Source: Dendronephthya gigantea (Eukaryota). From it: a stretch of DNA of 64,000 nt. Positions 25,430 through 43,792 of this stretch are shown in pieces. The stretch lies in contig NW_021163026.1 in NCBI RefSeq assembly GCF_004324835.1, positions 2,035,271 to 2,099,270 of the forward strand, read 5' to 3'. Position numbers and translations under genes: made by a program. The first letter of the stretch is position 1, and every line of letters begins with the position of its first letter. Under the pieces are notes generated by a model. That model had not been told where the DNA came from and ran no database searches. It was given only the letters and a program-made list of their open reading frames with translations.

Positions 25430-25660
25430 GTATTCTTCCTGGTGGTCTAGTAAGAATCATCCCTTATTAATCCAGTGTTACTATGTGGTTCAGTGGTCAC
25501 TACAGGAAGGAAACCTAGACTAAACTAACTAGGTATTCTGTGATCATTAATACTGGATGGCTCTTTCAGTTCTAAACTGTTCTTCCTATAAGGATAATCC
25601 GGCTCTTATTAGAATTGTATATCAATTCTAAATAGTTCTCTTTCAGAGGTCCAGTGATGT
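25430..25660. repeat. R115 family, degenerate copies in the intergenic region between the two PCS genes.
   Basis: ggtctagtaagaatcatcccttattaatccagtgttactat...ctacaggaaggaaacctagactaaactaact...ggatggctctttcagttctaaactgttcttcctat matches the family with mismatches. Confidence 0.6.
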
Positions 25661-27716
25661 TTAATAAATCAGTGTCTCGCAGTAAGGGCCTTTTTTACAG
25701 CACGGTCTGATGAAACAGCCGTTGTAGTATTTCACAGCAGTATTTTGAACACATCCCAAAATTTGATTTTCGAATAAATTGCGTGTTAAAATACAATATC
25801 ACTTATCATTATACCAGAGGTTATTAAAAAATATTCACTTTTCCTGTCATCAGTAAACAGCTGATGTCCTTCATAATGTGAAGTGTGAACATTTGGTCAG
25901 TAAATTTTTCAATGACTGCATCCCGTGTAGCGATCTCACCATATATGACTGATCATTATGAATCACTATGAAGTAGTTTTGTGCGAACTTAAACCTTCAT
26001 CTTTCGATATTAGATAGTGAATGATTAAAAATAATCAAATCTGCAGTGACGCACCGTCAGTACTTCAATTTGTGCCATATATAGATCTTTCATCTTCCCT
26101 TATTTCGTCAGTGACTTGTGAACGGAACTATAGCAAACTGATTTTGATCACTTTTCAAGTATTCACACATTTTTGTGATATTCGCGGCGTGCCAAAGGGG
26201 GAGTTCTAAATCAACCAGATCCTATACGTATATCCTATATACGTAATATCAGAAATAATCCGTATTTTTGTCAACTAAATTACCCCTAAGATAAAGTAGA
26301 CAAACGCTTGTTTAACCAGCATTGAGATTTGAGACTAATATTGTGTTTAGTGTTTTGTTGGCCTGTTTATGTAAATAATGTAATTATGTATTGCTGGCTT
26401 CGCTGTGGTGATAGGATTAATTAGGATATGTGCAGTGATAAAGGAAATTTCGAGCAGTGATAAATAAGATTTTCATGCAGTGATAAAATGAATTTTTGTG
26501 CAGTGTTAAAATGCGACATTTATAATTTATCATTTGACTTTGATACATAACTATACGCGCGTAATTGTAAGTATGGATAATATTAATTGTATATAGTATG
26601 CTTGTTTTCTGCATAATTTGTTCACATAGAATTAGTTAATTACTTAAATTTTAAAAGCGGCAAAATCAGTACGCGAACTCATTTTGATACTGCCTACAGG
26701 AGAGGGAGAACTTTGCTAAAACAATGTTATATTTACATAAATCTTACCATAAATGTAAATTGTTAGTATTGTGCAGTCATAAAATTTCCTTAGAATAATC
26801 TCGTGTTTTCTGACATCTGATGCTGGGACTACCGGATTAACCAGGTGATGATAGTCATTAATAGCCTTACATAAATCTTCTAACCCAATTATCAAGCGAT
26901 CTATATTCCTGTCTTATACATGTCATGCAATGAGCCATAATTAACAGCGACCTTTACCGTCAAATATTTCTAAATTTGTGGCTTCGTGTAGGTATCTCTG
27001 CAGCAAAGTTTTTTTTAGCGAAGTTCAAACTATTCCCTGAAGCTCAATTGCCACTCCTGCTGACATTTAATCAAGAAGGAATAAGGAAGCATTATGGCTA
27101 TAACGCGTGAACGGTAATAGCCCAGGCCACGCCTAGCACTTATTTTTGACCCATTTTTTTGGGATGGTCTTACCTGGGCCATTACACCCTCGTCCATAAG
27201 TTCATTGCCGGCTAGGTCATTGCCGGCTGTTGTTAGTTTGTTGCTTTTTCCTGATTATCGTATTCTCATCGCAGTCAATTTGACAACAGCATGTATTTTG
27301 CGCGCGTATGTGCGTCAGAGTTGTTGGAAATTAGAATTCTTTGCGTCTTAATTAATCATAATTAATCATAAATCATCATTCTAAACTTTCCGTTTCACTC
27401 AGTTCAATGGTTTTTCTTTCACCCCCTGTTCTGACGATAAAGTAGTAACTAATTGGACAGACAATAAGAACTGTGGCAGGGGGGAAAGATATTTACAGGC
27501 TGGCGTAAATAGTCGATATCGAAAATTGTTTGAATTTAACTATATTTGGTCTAAAATTTACCTTATTTTTACAATTCCTATAAATTTTGTTCGATAAATA
27601 ATGTTTGGAGTATCGATACTGTATTAATATTACCACAGTAAAAGCCAGAAAATAGTAAACAAGGCTATTTCTTCTCACTATAATAGCGCACAATACGGTT
27701 CAATTCAAATTCTGAC

Positions 27717-29724
27717 ATGGCGACTTCATCAAAAGAATTTTACCGCAGATCTTTGCCTTCTTCGTGCATCGATTTCATTTCATCCGAAGGCAAAGCTATT
27801 TTCAAAGAAGCCCTAAACGAAGGTTCAATGGAGTGCTTCTTTAATTTGGCAGCTCAGTTTAGAACCCAAGAGGAACCAGCATATTGTGGTTTATCAACAC
27901 TGGTGATGGTGCTGAATGCATTATCTGTGGACCCTGGTCGGGTATGGAAGGGACCATGGCGTTGGTACCATGAGAACATGCTGGATTGTTGTGTACCCCT
28001 TGATGTTGCGCAGACGAAAGGGATTACTATGTTTCATTTCATGTGCCTTGCCACATGTAACGGCCTTGACGTCGACATGGTGCAGGTGTTACCCACGGCA
28101 ACCATTGCCGAGTTCCGGAATGTGGTGAAGTGTGTCACACAGTCCGATGAACAAGTGCTGGTGTGTTCCTACTCTAGGAAAGTCCTTGGTCAATCAGGTG
28201 ATGGTCATTTTTCACCAATAGGTGGTTATCACTCTGGTAGGGACCTGGTGCTAATTTTTGATGTGGCAAGGTTTAAATATAACCCTCACTGGATTACTGT
28301 TGATCTATTGTGGGAAGCAATGCAAGGATTGGACAAGGAAACTGGTAAGTAATTGTTAAACTGCTGTAATTTATATAGTAAAGTTCAGTTTATGTTATCT
28401 CCTATAGTAACACTGGATCAACAGTAGTTTATCACCAAGGTCGAATATACCACATACCAGGATATTCAATCTTCACTAATTTTTAATCCCAATACCACTA
28501 TAGTTTTTTAACTGTATTTTTTGCTTGCATGTCTCAAGGTCAACCAAGGGGCTACCTGACTATGCGGCGAACACAACACACAGGCAACCCGACTATTCTG
28601 TTCAAAATTTCCGACAATTTCAAGCTGACTATTTTGCCAGATATTAAGCAAGGGGTTGTTGAGATGTTGCAACAATGGCAAACATGGCTTACAACAGAAA
28701 GTCGTGATATTCACAACAAGGAGCAGTTCCTTGCCATTCTTGTTTCAGAGTTTTTGAGTTTATGTTGTTCAGAATGCTCTCCAGGTAAGATAAATAGAAT
28801 TTAGCATCATCACCATCACAAACATCACCACTTCCACCATCCATACCATCACTATCACAACCAACATCATGTACCAGTATCAATATCACCATTACCATGA
28901 TGACCAACATCACCAGCATCACAACTATCACCAGTACCAACATCACCATTACCATGATGACCAACATCACCAGCATCACAACTATCACCAGTATCAACAT
29001 CACTGTGATGACCAACATTAGTAGCACCACCACCTTCACCATTGTTATCACAATAATCACCCGCAACACCAACATTACTATCATAATTACCCACACCACC
29101 TTGCCACACCCAACACCACCATCACCATTACCACCATAGTCACCACTCACCACCACACCCAACATGACCACCATCATTGTCACATATACTATTAATTTCA
29201 ACTTTCCACTTTCAACAGGTCTTGACAAAGTCTTCACCATAAAAATCGATCCAGATTGTTGCAAAAATCTTTCGAAGGACCACAAATGTGCAATTTGCGA
29301 TCTCCTTCAAGCTTTGGAAGAACAACAACTATTTCAATTGATGAAAGAATCCCTAACCTCTGGTGAACACACAATCTCCAAATGTTGGGATGTGTGCACT
29401 GATCTTGAAATTGTAAATGACAAACTGTGCTGCATGTCTAATGATACTGGTAATGCACATGAATTTCCCAGAATAAAACACAGCCATTTTGCCACAATGA
29501 TGCTCCTCGCCTGGCCTTATCCAACGTCACAGACGCAAAACAAGACACATGCAGATTTTAGCCTGGAATATGTTGCCCAAGAGATGAAAGGAATTCCTAA
29601 AGTTCTTGAGCATGAAGTAAAATTGTTGAATGCTCAACTTTCAACTATATTCATGTACTATGAAAGTGTTAACAGTTCTGATGTTGTATCGAACAGAAAT
29701 AGAACTGGTTGTAAAAGAAAATAA
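27717..29724 (+). CDS. Phytochelatin synthase paralog B. Three exons: 27717-28345, about 28530-28787 and about 29215-29724.
   Basis: Exon 1 encodes MATSSKEFYRRSLPSSCIDFISSEGKAIFKEALNEG...EPAYCGLSTLVMVLNAL...GDGHFSPIGGYH...DLVLIFDVARFKYNPHW, the canonical PCS N-terminal domain with the Cys/His/Asp triad. The GTAAGT donor follows KETG. Exon 2 encodes QPRGYLTMRR. Exon 3 is Cys-rich (DPDCCKNLSKDHKCAICDLL...) and ends with a stop at 29724. Confidence 0.85.
28806..29185. repeat. CAC/CAT-rich imperfect microsatellite (catcaccatcacaaacatcaccac...), about 380 bp, in PCS-B intron 2.
   Basis: Directly visible low complexity. It creates artefactual ORFs on both strands. Confidence 0.9.
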
Positions 29725-29961
29725 ATGAAAGCGAATTTCCTGATATCAGTTAGTCTCTGAATTGTTAAAATTGCCTGGAAAGACAACACTAAATTAGTAA
29801 ATACTGCAATTGAAATGAAACTAAATCCTAAGCTAAGAGCACCTCCTATCCCTCTTTGTAGAAGTTTTATTACTTTTAAATATTAGTTAGTTGTGATATA
29901 TTGTATTAATTGTAGTTATTTATACCGTGTAATTCAGTTTCTACTGCCAAACGGATTATTA

Positions 29962-29998
29962 AACTATTATTATTATTATTATTATTATTATTATCATT
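29962..29998. repeat. (ATT)n microsatellite, about 11 units.
   Basis: ctattattattattattattattattatcatt. Confidence 0.9.
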
Positions 29999-32900
29999 AG
30001 CCTAAACGTGTGCTCCAAATTGCACCAATCCCCAGCTCTGCGAATTCTAATGGTTTCTGCATTTCTTCTTTGTCCAAGGACCTACCCCCGTACCCCATAA
30101 ACGCCCACCTACATAGACCCACCACCCTATTAATCCTGTGCAGACGTGACAGTATCGTACTCGTTTGTTCGGATGTAACCACCTTTCAAGTGATGTTTTT
30201 TTGGCCACGGCCACATGCTCCATTCGAAAGTGCAATATTTTGTAAATAAATCGTCGACATCCCGCTGTTTGGATGTTTCGCTGATTAAGATCTCTTTTAA
30301 ATCATTCCTTTGAACCATTGTTTTTATTACAATATATATCACACGACAGTCATTTTAAAAGCATTTGTGTTTGAGACGTCGAGATGATGTGAGGGTGGTT
30401 GCAAGATTTGTACATCTAAATTTCGCATGAAAGTCGGTCCAAAGTTCCACACTTTATAGTATTAAAACCGGAGTACGATGTCTTGTACGTTATGATTTCC
30501 AGTCGCAACGGGAACATAAGGTAGAGCATATAAAAAATAACTATCCTTATGTGTTTATAATTGTGTAGTATTTAGCTTCTAAATAACTCGTTTAAGCGTT
30601 CGCGTTTTATGAGATTTGTATATAGCGTTGGCCTAGCAACTCTCTTCATGTGAAGATGAGAAATGGTGAATAAAATATACGAAGTTTGAACTGTATTCAT
30701 TTGAAACGCGAAGAGTATTGATATCAGATTTCAACGCATGTTTAATTTCTTTTGTTCACGGATTAGTTAGAAAATAAGAAAAAAAATTGCAACATATAGT
30801 TTATAATGATACTTTAACATGCGTTGAAATTGGTTTTTGATTCAAGTTGTTGATACTGTTCTCCATGAAGAGATTTTGTTTATTCAAGACTGTCCCTTCT
30901 AATAAGTTCCGTGTTTTTCCCATGAATGTTTGATTCTGATTGTCTTGAAATCTAGTAATATTTTAGTGATATTATTATGCAGAGTAAATACATCAACATC
31001 CCAAGTATTCATTCAATTCATTCAAAGATTTTAAAAAGATGGAATAAGATATGCTCAAGTATTGAAAATTTGATGAAATTTGAAAGAGCATTTTAAATTA
31101 ACCTCTATTCAATTTAATTATAGTTTCCAATCACTAATTTATTATATTGCTACAAATCTTATTAATTTATGAACTAGGATATTCTTAAAATAGGTTTTTT
31201 AAAGCATCACAGTAGCCATATTTTCTGTGAGGTTTGAAGAGTTTTATTTGTGGGACAGGGTAATGCTGAGTTGGCTGTAAGAACCAACTGTGTTTGTCTA
31301 GGATGCTTTGATATCTTTGTTGTTAATTAATACCAGCTGCTGATAAAATACTTCTATGTTTTGACACTTTGACAAAAGCACACAGCAGCTCTGATTAAAC
31401 GTGAAAAGCAGTAAACGAACATGTGAATGGAATGTGTGTCTTTAAATATAAAGTGTAACTACATCTTTTGCGTGTAATCGGATAAGTCAAGTAGGTTTAA
31501 CTGCTGTTATATTCCCTCCAATCAGTCAACTCATACTGATAATAGCATCCAGCTGAACTCAAGTAGACATCAGTTGCTTGTTGAACTAACTTGTTATTCT
31601 CATGCATTTCAACCATCATAAACAAATTGTGAGTGACAAAGTTGATGAAATGGCAGTTTTGTGACAACTTGTCGACAAGCTTGCAAACATATGTTGTTGA
31701 CAATATGTGAGGTTGTGCTGGAGTGTGGGTGGGGATTCTTCATATCTAAAATGTGATTTCAGTTTAGATTATGATATTTAGGTCATAAACCTTGCATTTG
31801 AGGAGAATGGATGGTCCAAGAAAGGGAAAATACACCGGCAAAATAATAAGAGGAAGAAACTTTAGTTGAGTTTTATTGACTTTAGGATGGGGGCAGGTCA
31901 GTTTGATCAATATTTTAGTACTTTCGCTATTTTTGTATCCTTTTTTGAATTTTAACCAAATATTCAAATATTAATTGTGTATACAATTGTGAATTTAGCA
32001 ACGTCATGCTCTGGAAAAAGCCGGACACAAACAATGTAAGTATCCTAGAATAAATCTTAGTATAAATTTGAGTGTAAATGTCTTGATAAATTTGTATGTT
32101 CCGTGGTCAATATTTTTGTACAATTTTGTACAATTTGTAGCCTGTTAACAAAATAGGAGAATTAAATCTTTATTTTTTCTTTTTGATCAATATTGTCTAA
32201 ACCCATTTCAATGTTTAATTAACACAAGTTAGGATGCCATTTCAACGTGCAAGACTAGAAGTGATTTCTGAGTATAAATCTCTTAATTGTGGTCTCAGCA
32301 GTTGTCCGCAGTTCAATGACACTACATAGCAATTTTATTGCAGAAGGTTTATGGTTTTATTATTGGCCAATATTGTAATAAAATTTTCATGTAATTTGTA
32401 GCAAAAATATCTTGTTTTCCCTCAAAGTCAGCGTTGCATGAATATGCAAAGCATTGGTTATCATATTGGTCAACCAATATAGAAAATCACAGATGTTAGA
32501 GAACATGTATTAAGACAGGCTTTTGTATATATTTTGTCGGCTGAAATAGAGTTATTATTACTTTCGTCTAAGCTTACTGGCATTATTCAAAGAAAGAGGA
32601 AAGCTTACTGGCCATTATTTAAAAGCAAACATGCATTAACTTGTCACATTACAAACGAATTAAGTTTTCGTTTTTCTTAGCAACATATTTTATGCACCTA
32701 ACGATAAAAGCATCTCAATTACGTACGTGAGCAAGCTGTTTAGAGGTTATTGCCTTTGTAAACTTGTGGTTAAAAAAGGTTTCGTGGTTAGTACATTTAA
32801 TCGAAATTGCGGGCCGTAATTCCAAAAGGAATGTGTGTCGTTATCTAAAAGAAGCTCGCTCGTCAAAGGATTAGTTTGATGTCCGAATGTCAGACGCTGT

Positions 32901-33299
32901 GTGAATATTCGGTGTAACGGTTAGATAGAAACTACGAGGTATTTTTATATTTTGAGATATATATATTTTGAGATATAGCTAATGTAGGTTGAGGTGTAAT
33001 AAATGCTTGTATTATTAATTGCGACAGAATTTCATAACGAATAATCCTTCTCTGTGAATAAATACGGCATTACTTGATAAACTATGGTGAAAATAACAGA
33101 CAAGATTTGCTCTTAAAACTACGGCCAGTTTAGAGTACATTATTCTAGTTAGTTCATCAGGAGTCAGGACAGCACTTGCTGCTAATCTTTTCAAGAGGTG
33201 TCGTAATCCCTTAGACGGCAAACGGGCGAAGAATTTTTGAGTTTTTTAAAGTAAGACACGGCATATTTTAGGCCTGTCGCAAATGGAAATGGTGGTCAC

Positions 33300-37950
<4,651 letters not shown>

Positions 37951-39361
37951 AAATTATCAAAAAAAATACACAGAATATATATTTATCCGAGTGGGTATAC
38001 CTGGGGTAGGTCTTCAAGATATAAACTCCACACTGATGTACATGTAGAGACTAGAGACGACACAATAGTTGGTGGAAATGGTGGGGATTTTAACCGTATT
38101 TAAATCATTATGCCAATTTACTTTATGGATGGTAAATGGTAAGCAAACTTGAAGATATGTAGCCCTAGTAGGATTTTCTATATTTGTTCGTGAAAAGATG
38201 CATTATGACGCTTTATAAACAGAAAACTGGTTTATATTAGAAGAACACACTAAAAGATTCGACACATTTGTATCAAATGCAAAAAAAGTAAATTTATCAT
38301 TGGTGGTAGAGAAGTTCGATAATAATGTATAATAAAATATGAAATTATATCATATGTATTATTAGAAACGTTGATTTACATTCTTATCTATCTGTTAATC
38401 TACATGGGCAATTTAGCATCAAATGTGGTATAACATCTGCCTAAAATAGACAAAACACTTCTCGACGTTTCGAACTGAAGAAGTAGCAATTTGTGCCTAC
38501 CAGGCTATAGCCTATAGGTACTCTAGACTGTGTATGTTGCACGATATAAAATCATTCAAAAGGCTAACATGCACACATTGACGTAAAAAACATCAACTTG
38601 TAATAATAACTTGTTGAAAACAGGTTTCTTTAGGGGGCAAACCTGTTCTTCTCCAGGGTCACTTTACATATACCGGAAAAGTCATCATATTTAATATTTG
38701 ATATTATTGATAAACGAAGCGTTGTTAAGGACATATAAAATCATGAAGGACTTATTAATGCGTCAGGTACGTTGAAAATTTTGTGCTTTTCTTGAAACAA
38801 CACTTGATTTTGATGATCTTGGGGCTCATTCGACCTCCTCTGAAAGCTACGCAGTTGAAATTGGTATTGCGAAATTAAGATGGCGCAACGTGGAATTTCT
38901 CTTGCGTGTGACAATTTATATATAGGTAGAATTTGTGAAAAGGACAACAAACTGCCGATCTGTAAAGCAGTGTCTACGTTATTGTAGTTGAGCATTGTAA
39001 TGTTTCAAACAAGCGATGTCTAGACCCTCAGAATATTGCGGTTTTTTTAAAGTCTCAAATTACATAGTCGGATATTGAGTAAAGAGTTTGAGCTTTTGTC
39101 AGTTCACCTTTCATTTAGCTATATGCTCGTTCGTCCCTCAATCGCTTCGAATTGCTTCACAAATATAAGAATAGGTGACATGAAAATGATTTTTTAGTTT
39201 TATACTTTTTTTCTCGTGTTTGTTTACGTCTGTAATTGCGACTTTATAGCATTATGTGACGTATTTCCGGGAGTAAAATGTCCAAATTACTATTGAATTG
39301 TTACTGTGCTTTCTGCTTCTCTGTTTGAAAGCTTTGTTCATCTTTTTTTAGGCTCTTCTTT

Positions 39362-41225
39362 GTGATCCTTCACAAGTCCACAGACCCGAAGCAATATACG
39401 ACGAATATAACGAATTTCATCAATTGAAACCAGGCAAATCTTTGGAAAATGTCGGCAAAGACACAGAAGCGTTTCGAGATTTCAACGTGGATGAGAGCAT
39501 GGCGCATGTTCGGGAGACATACAGAAACATGCATACGAAGCAAACTGTTGCTTTAGGAAAGGAAATGGTACAGGAAATAGGATAGAAATGTTGTGTACTT
39601 TGAGCTTTACAGTAGATTTCAAATTACTCTTCCCATACCAAGTTTACAATCTTGTGTCTATTCGGACTATTCCAAGTCTATGTCTATAATTTTGCAAATT
39701 GCAACTTCACAACACATTAGTTGACTTTGCAACATCTTGGCATGACTTGCTGTAGTGAGATGGCTGGATTACCTTTAGCTCAGCTTAGCAAACTTAGATC
39801 ATCAGTTCTGTACCAGTATGGACACTTCCCAAAATTTTACTTGAGTGCCCACAAAACAATAGTTTGGAAACAGGGCAGGCAATGTTATCCATTGTTAGTC
39901 AGTGGGATGGTTTTCACTGTCGGGAACAAATTTGTGAAGTGTCCATTGATGGTCAATTTCATCAATTACTTCTCTGATCATCTACAGCGAGAAAAGTGGT
40001 TGTCATTCGATCATGCTGAGTTGACTATTATGGAAGCTATAACGCTATTGGACAATCTCGTTGATGAAAGTGACCCCGATGTGGATGTTCCTAACTCTGT
40101 TCACCTTTTCCAAACAGCTGAGAGGATACGAGAGGTTCATCCAGACAAAGGTGAAGCATTGAGATGTATCTATGAACATTTTGCTTGCATTGTTTAAGAG
40201 AATGAAATAAATCATTCTCTTTCTTCCAGATTGGTTTCAGCTGGTTGGATTGATTCATGATGTGGGGAAGATAATGGCATTGTATGGCGAGCCACAGTAC
40301 TTTGTTGTGGGTGACACATTTCCTCTTGGCTGCAAATTCTCAGATAAGATTGTCTTCTCTGAACAATTTGTTTACAACCCTGATGCTAAAGTCCCTGAAT
40401 ACAGGTAGATACAGCTAAAAACGCAAGTCCAATTGCTTATCAGGTTATGATAATTATATCTTAGGATTTAATGGCTTTCTGTTTTTTTGTCTTAGTTCAA
40501 AGTATGGCATGTATGAACCCAATTGTGGTTTGAACAATGTCCAAATGTCCTGGGGTCATGATGGTAAGTAATCGTTTTCAAGTACTAATTAAACAATTTC
40601 AAACTGTTCATCTTCATAGCAAGGGACATACTGTGACATAATGTACTTCTATTACAGAATACATGTATCAAGTATTGCTTGCCAATAAATGCAAGATTCC
40701 TGAAGAAGTAATAATTCTTTTTTACTTTCAACTTGCAACAAGCATGCATGATATTGACAAATCTACTAGTATTGAAGAAGTGTTACCATGCAGCCTAACT
40801 GTTAACATTAAATTATTTTAGGGTCTATACATGATACGGTTTCATTCATTTTATCCGTGGCATGGTTCTGGCGATTATGATCATCTTTGTAACACTGAAG
40901 ATCGCAAAATGATGTCGTGGATTAAAGAGTTCAAGTAAGAGTGTCACCTGGTTGTTTGAATTTTTAATAAAGAGAGAATTTATTGATAAGTTAGTAAGTT
41001 ATTTTATGGTTCTCTTGGCATGTCAGTCAGATAGTAATTTACATATAGTTTATTAATCTGGTTTATTCATTAACTGAGTTGAAATTTCTAAAGAAAATGT
41101 ATATCTTTTTTTCCAGCCGATTTGATTTGTACTCAAAAGCAGACTCTTTACCAGATGTTGAGAAGATAAAACCCTACTATCAATCTCTGATTGATCAGTA
41201 TTGTCCAGGCAAGCTTAAGTGGTAA
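39362..41225 (+). CDS. MIOX: Inositol oxygenase (myo-inositol oxygenase) gene. Seven exons are visible, and the Met-containing 5' exon was not located.
   Basis: The exons encode, in order: DPSQVHRPE...FRDFN...YRNMHTKQTV; REKWLSFDHAELTIMEAITLLDNLVDESDPDVDVPNSVHLFQTAERIREVHPDK; DWFQLVGLIHDVGKIMALYGEPQYFVVGDTFPLGC; YGMYEPNCGLNNVQMSWGHD; EYMYQVL; LYMIRFHSFYPWH; and FDLYSK...PYYQSLIDQYCPGKLKW then stop. These are diagnostic MIOX motifs. Confidence 0.85.
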
Positions 41226-41862
41226 ACCTATTGCATCCCTTTTTTTCTAACTCAAACATACCGGTATAACAAGTTCTCCTTGGTGAGATTTATTGAAGAC
41301 AAAATTTAATAGCATTTATAAATAAAAAAATGTACATATATTATAAAATTTTTCAGTCCAAGCTAGTCCTTGGGTTTATTAGAGTTACATAAGTCATATA
41401 GTCATGCATATATTTGTGTTCTAAATAATTGAGTTTTTTGAAATCAATTGTTTTTACAGCAACTCGACAGATTTATATAAAACTACTTTTGTATAGTGTG
41501 TAAAACTTAATAAGAATCCAGTGCAGGCGGGACTTGTGGAATTAGAATAATGAAGGCATTAGTAATGAAATCAAGAGAGTTTACAATGTGACAATTGTAA
41601 TAATGGCATTGCATTAAAATGGTAATTTTGACAATTAAGTGTCTATTATGATTTATGAAATACTTGTGGCATGACAAATCCATATAACTGTTTAAAATGT
41701 TTGGATAATCGGAATGTCATACCATATGGTCATACCAAAGAATACTTCAGATGCTCTGCATTATTAAATTACATTAGTAATAAATTAGTTTGAGGCTTTG
41801 AGCCTTGTTCATTGAGAGGTTTTTAAAATTCTCAACCAATTGTCAATCCCATAATGTCAAAA

Positions 41863-43330
41863 TCATTCAGCATGCTGTAACATAGCAACCATAAGTTTTC
41901 TCTCTCCGGTAAAACTAAGTCGTGAGTGCTGCACAAGATGGTTGTCCAATGCAATTACATCCCCTTTCTCCAGTTGAAACCCAACAGCAACCTGCCATGT
42001 CACTTCGCGGATGTGTTGCACATACTCTTCAGGTATTTCACTCATGTCACCATAAAGGGAATGAGTTGGGAACTTATGAAAGGGTAGATCAGTGAACTGC
42101 TCCCAGAATGGGTGATTGTATTTCCATGCTGATGCATGTTTACGAGTAATATGATTGAACCAGACAAGTTCCCCTAAATAGTTAAGAAGATTATGGGTGA
42201 CTGAAGTCTAAATTCTAAAACAATCTAAGCTTAGCATATTAAAAACAAATTACAATTTTACCTTTGAAATTAATCATTGCAGGTCTACCATAACCAAAGA
42301 TCAATGATCCATTTTTTTCCCATTCATAATCTGCACCAATGCTATCAAGGAATTCTACCACCTTACTTCGATCTTCGGTTTGAAAAACCTTAAAACATCA
42401 GGTATGTGATTTTAGTATGCTGGCCTATATATATATCATAAAACAGAAATTGCCTTATATTACCTCTTGCCACGACTTGTACTTCTCGAGGCTCTTATCT
42501 GCCCAGTGGTAGTTGTAATAAATGCCAAGCTTTGCAAATGTTCCCACAATTTCTGCATCAAGGTTCTTCAGGATGTCTCTATTTCTGATGATTACGGTCT
42601 CTCCACCACATCCTGGACCAGCTGGTTTATCGCAGTAAAACAACAGCTAATAAAAGAATCCTAGCTATTGATTGATAATTCAAGTCCCACTCCAGGGTTT
42701 TACTGGAAATTGAAGGCAGTTTTGCTTGTTGTTGTGGTAAGAACCCTATTGTTATGATAGTAGCCCATTCAACCATGATTTAGGGCAATCTGGGGAGGGG
42801 GACAACTCTGGCTTATGTGTGAGAGTGGTCATTACTAAAATATAATACCATTTATTCATACGTACCACATCTGGCCACTTGGGCATATATGCCATTTCAT
42901 TATGACCTTCAATGGTTATACCTGGGGGCTCATCGCTAGCGGTGTAAACATCTTTCCCAACTACTTGTCTAGGGGCAGCCCCCCCGATGTAATCCATGGC
43001 GTTGAACTTCCCCAACCCGTTGAAAAAATCGTTAAAATCCTGATTTCCATTGATCGGAAAATCGCGGAATAATACAGCACCATGTTCATTTAAGATTTCT
43101 CCGAAATTCGTCTTGCAAATTTTAGCACATTCACTCGCGGTCGCGTGATCAGAAATTCCAACATCTTTCGCTGAAACGACAAACGGAAAATTCTCTCTCG
43201 GTGGATTTAGATTTTTTGGGAAAGTCGAACTGGTTGAGCCAGGGAGGTATTTTCTATTTGCTATTTCGACCAAATTTCTTCTCGGTTGAGTTAGCCGTAC
43301 AAACTTGAGCAGTTTCTTCGCTGGATTCAT
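41863..43330 (-). CDS. TauD/TfdA-family (clavaminate-synthase-like) Fe(II)/2-oxoglutarate dioxygenase. Four exons: about 43330-42867, 42643-42447, 42383-42258 and 42169-41863.
   Basis: The exon ORFs are 42752-43330 (...FRDFPINGNQDFNDFFNGLG...AMDYIGGAAPRQVV...TASDEPPGITIEGHNEMAY), 42455-42643 (FYCDKPAGPGCGGETVI) and 41863-42045 (VIALDNHLVQHSRLSF). Together they carry the His/Asp metal ligands and the C-terminal HSR motif typical of TauD/CAS-like proteins. The donors are GTACGT and GTAATA. Confidence 0.7.
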
Positions 43331-43792
43331 ATTTAGTTTTGTACTTTTAATATATACGCAACAATGTTTTTGTCAAACCTTTTGCCCGCCCATTTCAGGA
43401 AATGCATAAAAAAACTGGATATTTTAATTCAGTTTTCTTGTTTTGGCAGTTTTGACTTTTGAGCGGTGTTTTTTTTTTCATTTCCACGATAATTAATGGT
43501 CAATGGCAGAAGTCTTTACAAACGATTTTTCCAGTAAGATGTTTGTCAAGATATTTGCAGTAAATTTGTTAGTAGAACTAAATTTGCCGAATTTTGTTTA
43601 CCGTCGAAGGTCAGGACCTTTGAAAAACCTGTTTCGCATCAATTAATAGGACTATTTTCACATGTTTAAACAAAGAGAACCTTCATGGAAACTCACAGAA
43701 CAATTTTGTACAAAAAAATAACAAAGCAGGAATGTGGAGTAACTAGATTTTATTATGTACATTCCTTGGTTTATTAGTAAATGCCTATGATC

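Noticed and set aside
28689-29285. 198-aa - strand ORF and 80-aa + strand ORFs with poly-His/Thr/Val/Met runs. I also considered that a His-rich in-frame peptide could be a metal-binding segment of PCS-B.
   Set aside because: The region is a CAC/CAT microsatellite lying between a clear GTAAGA donor (28787) and the exon 3 acceptor (29214). The His-encoding frame contains stops, so it is intronic.
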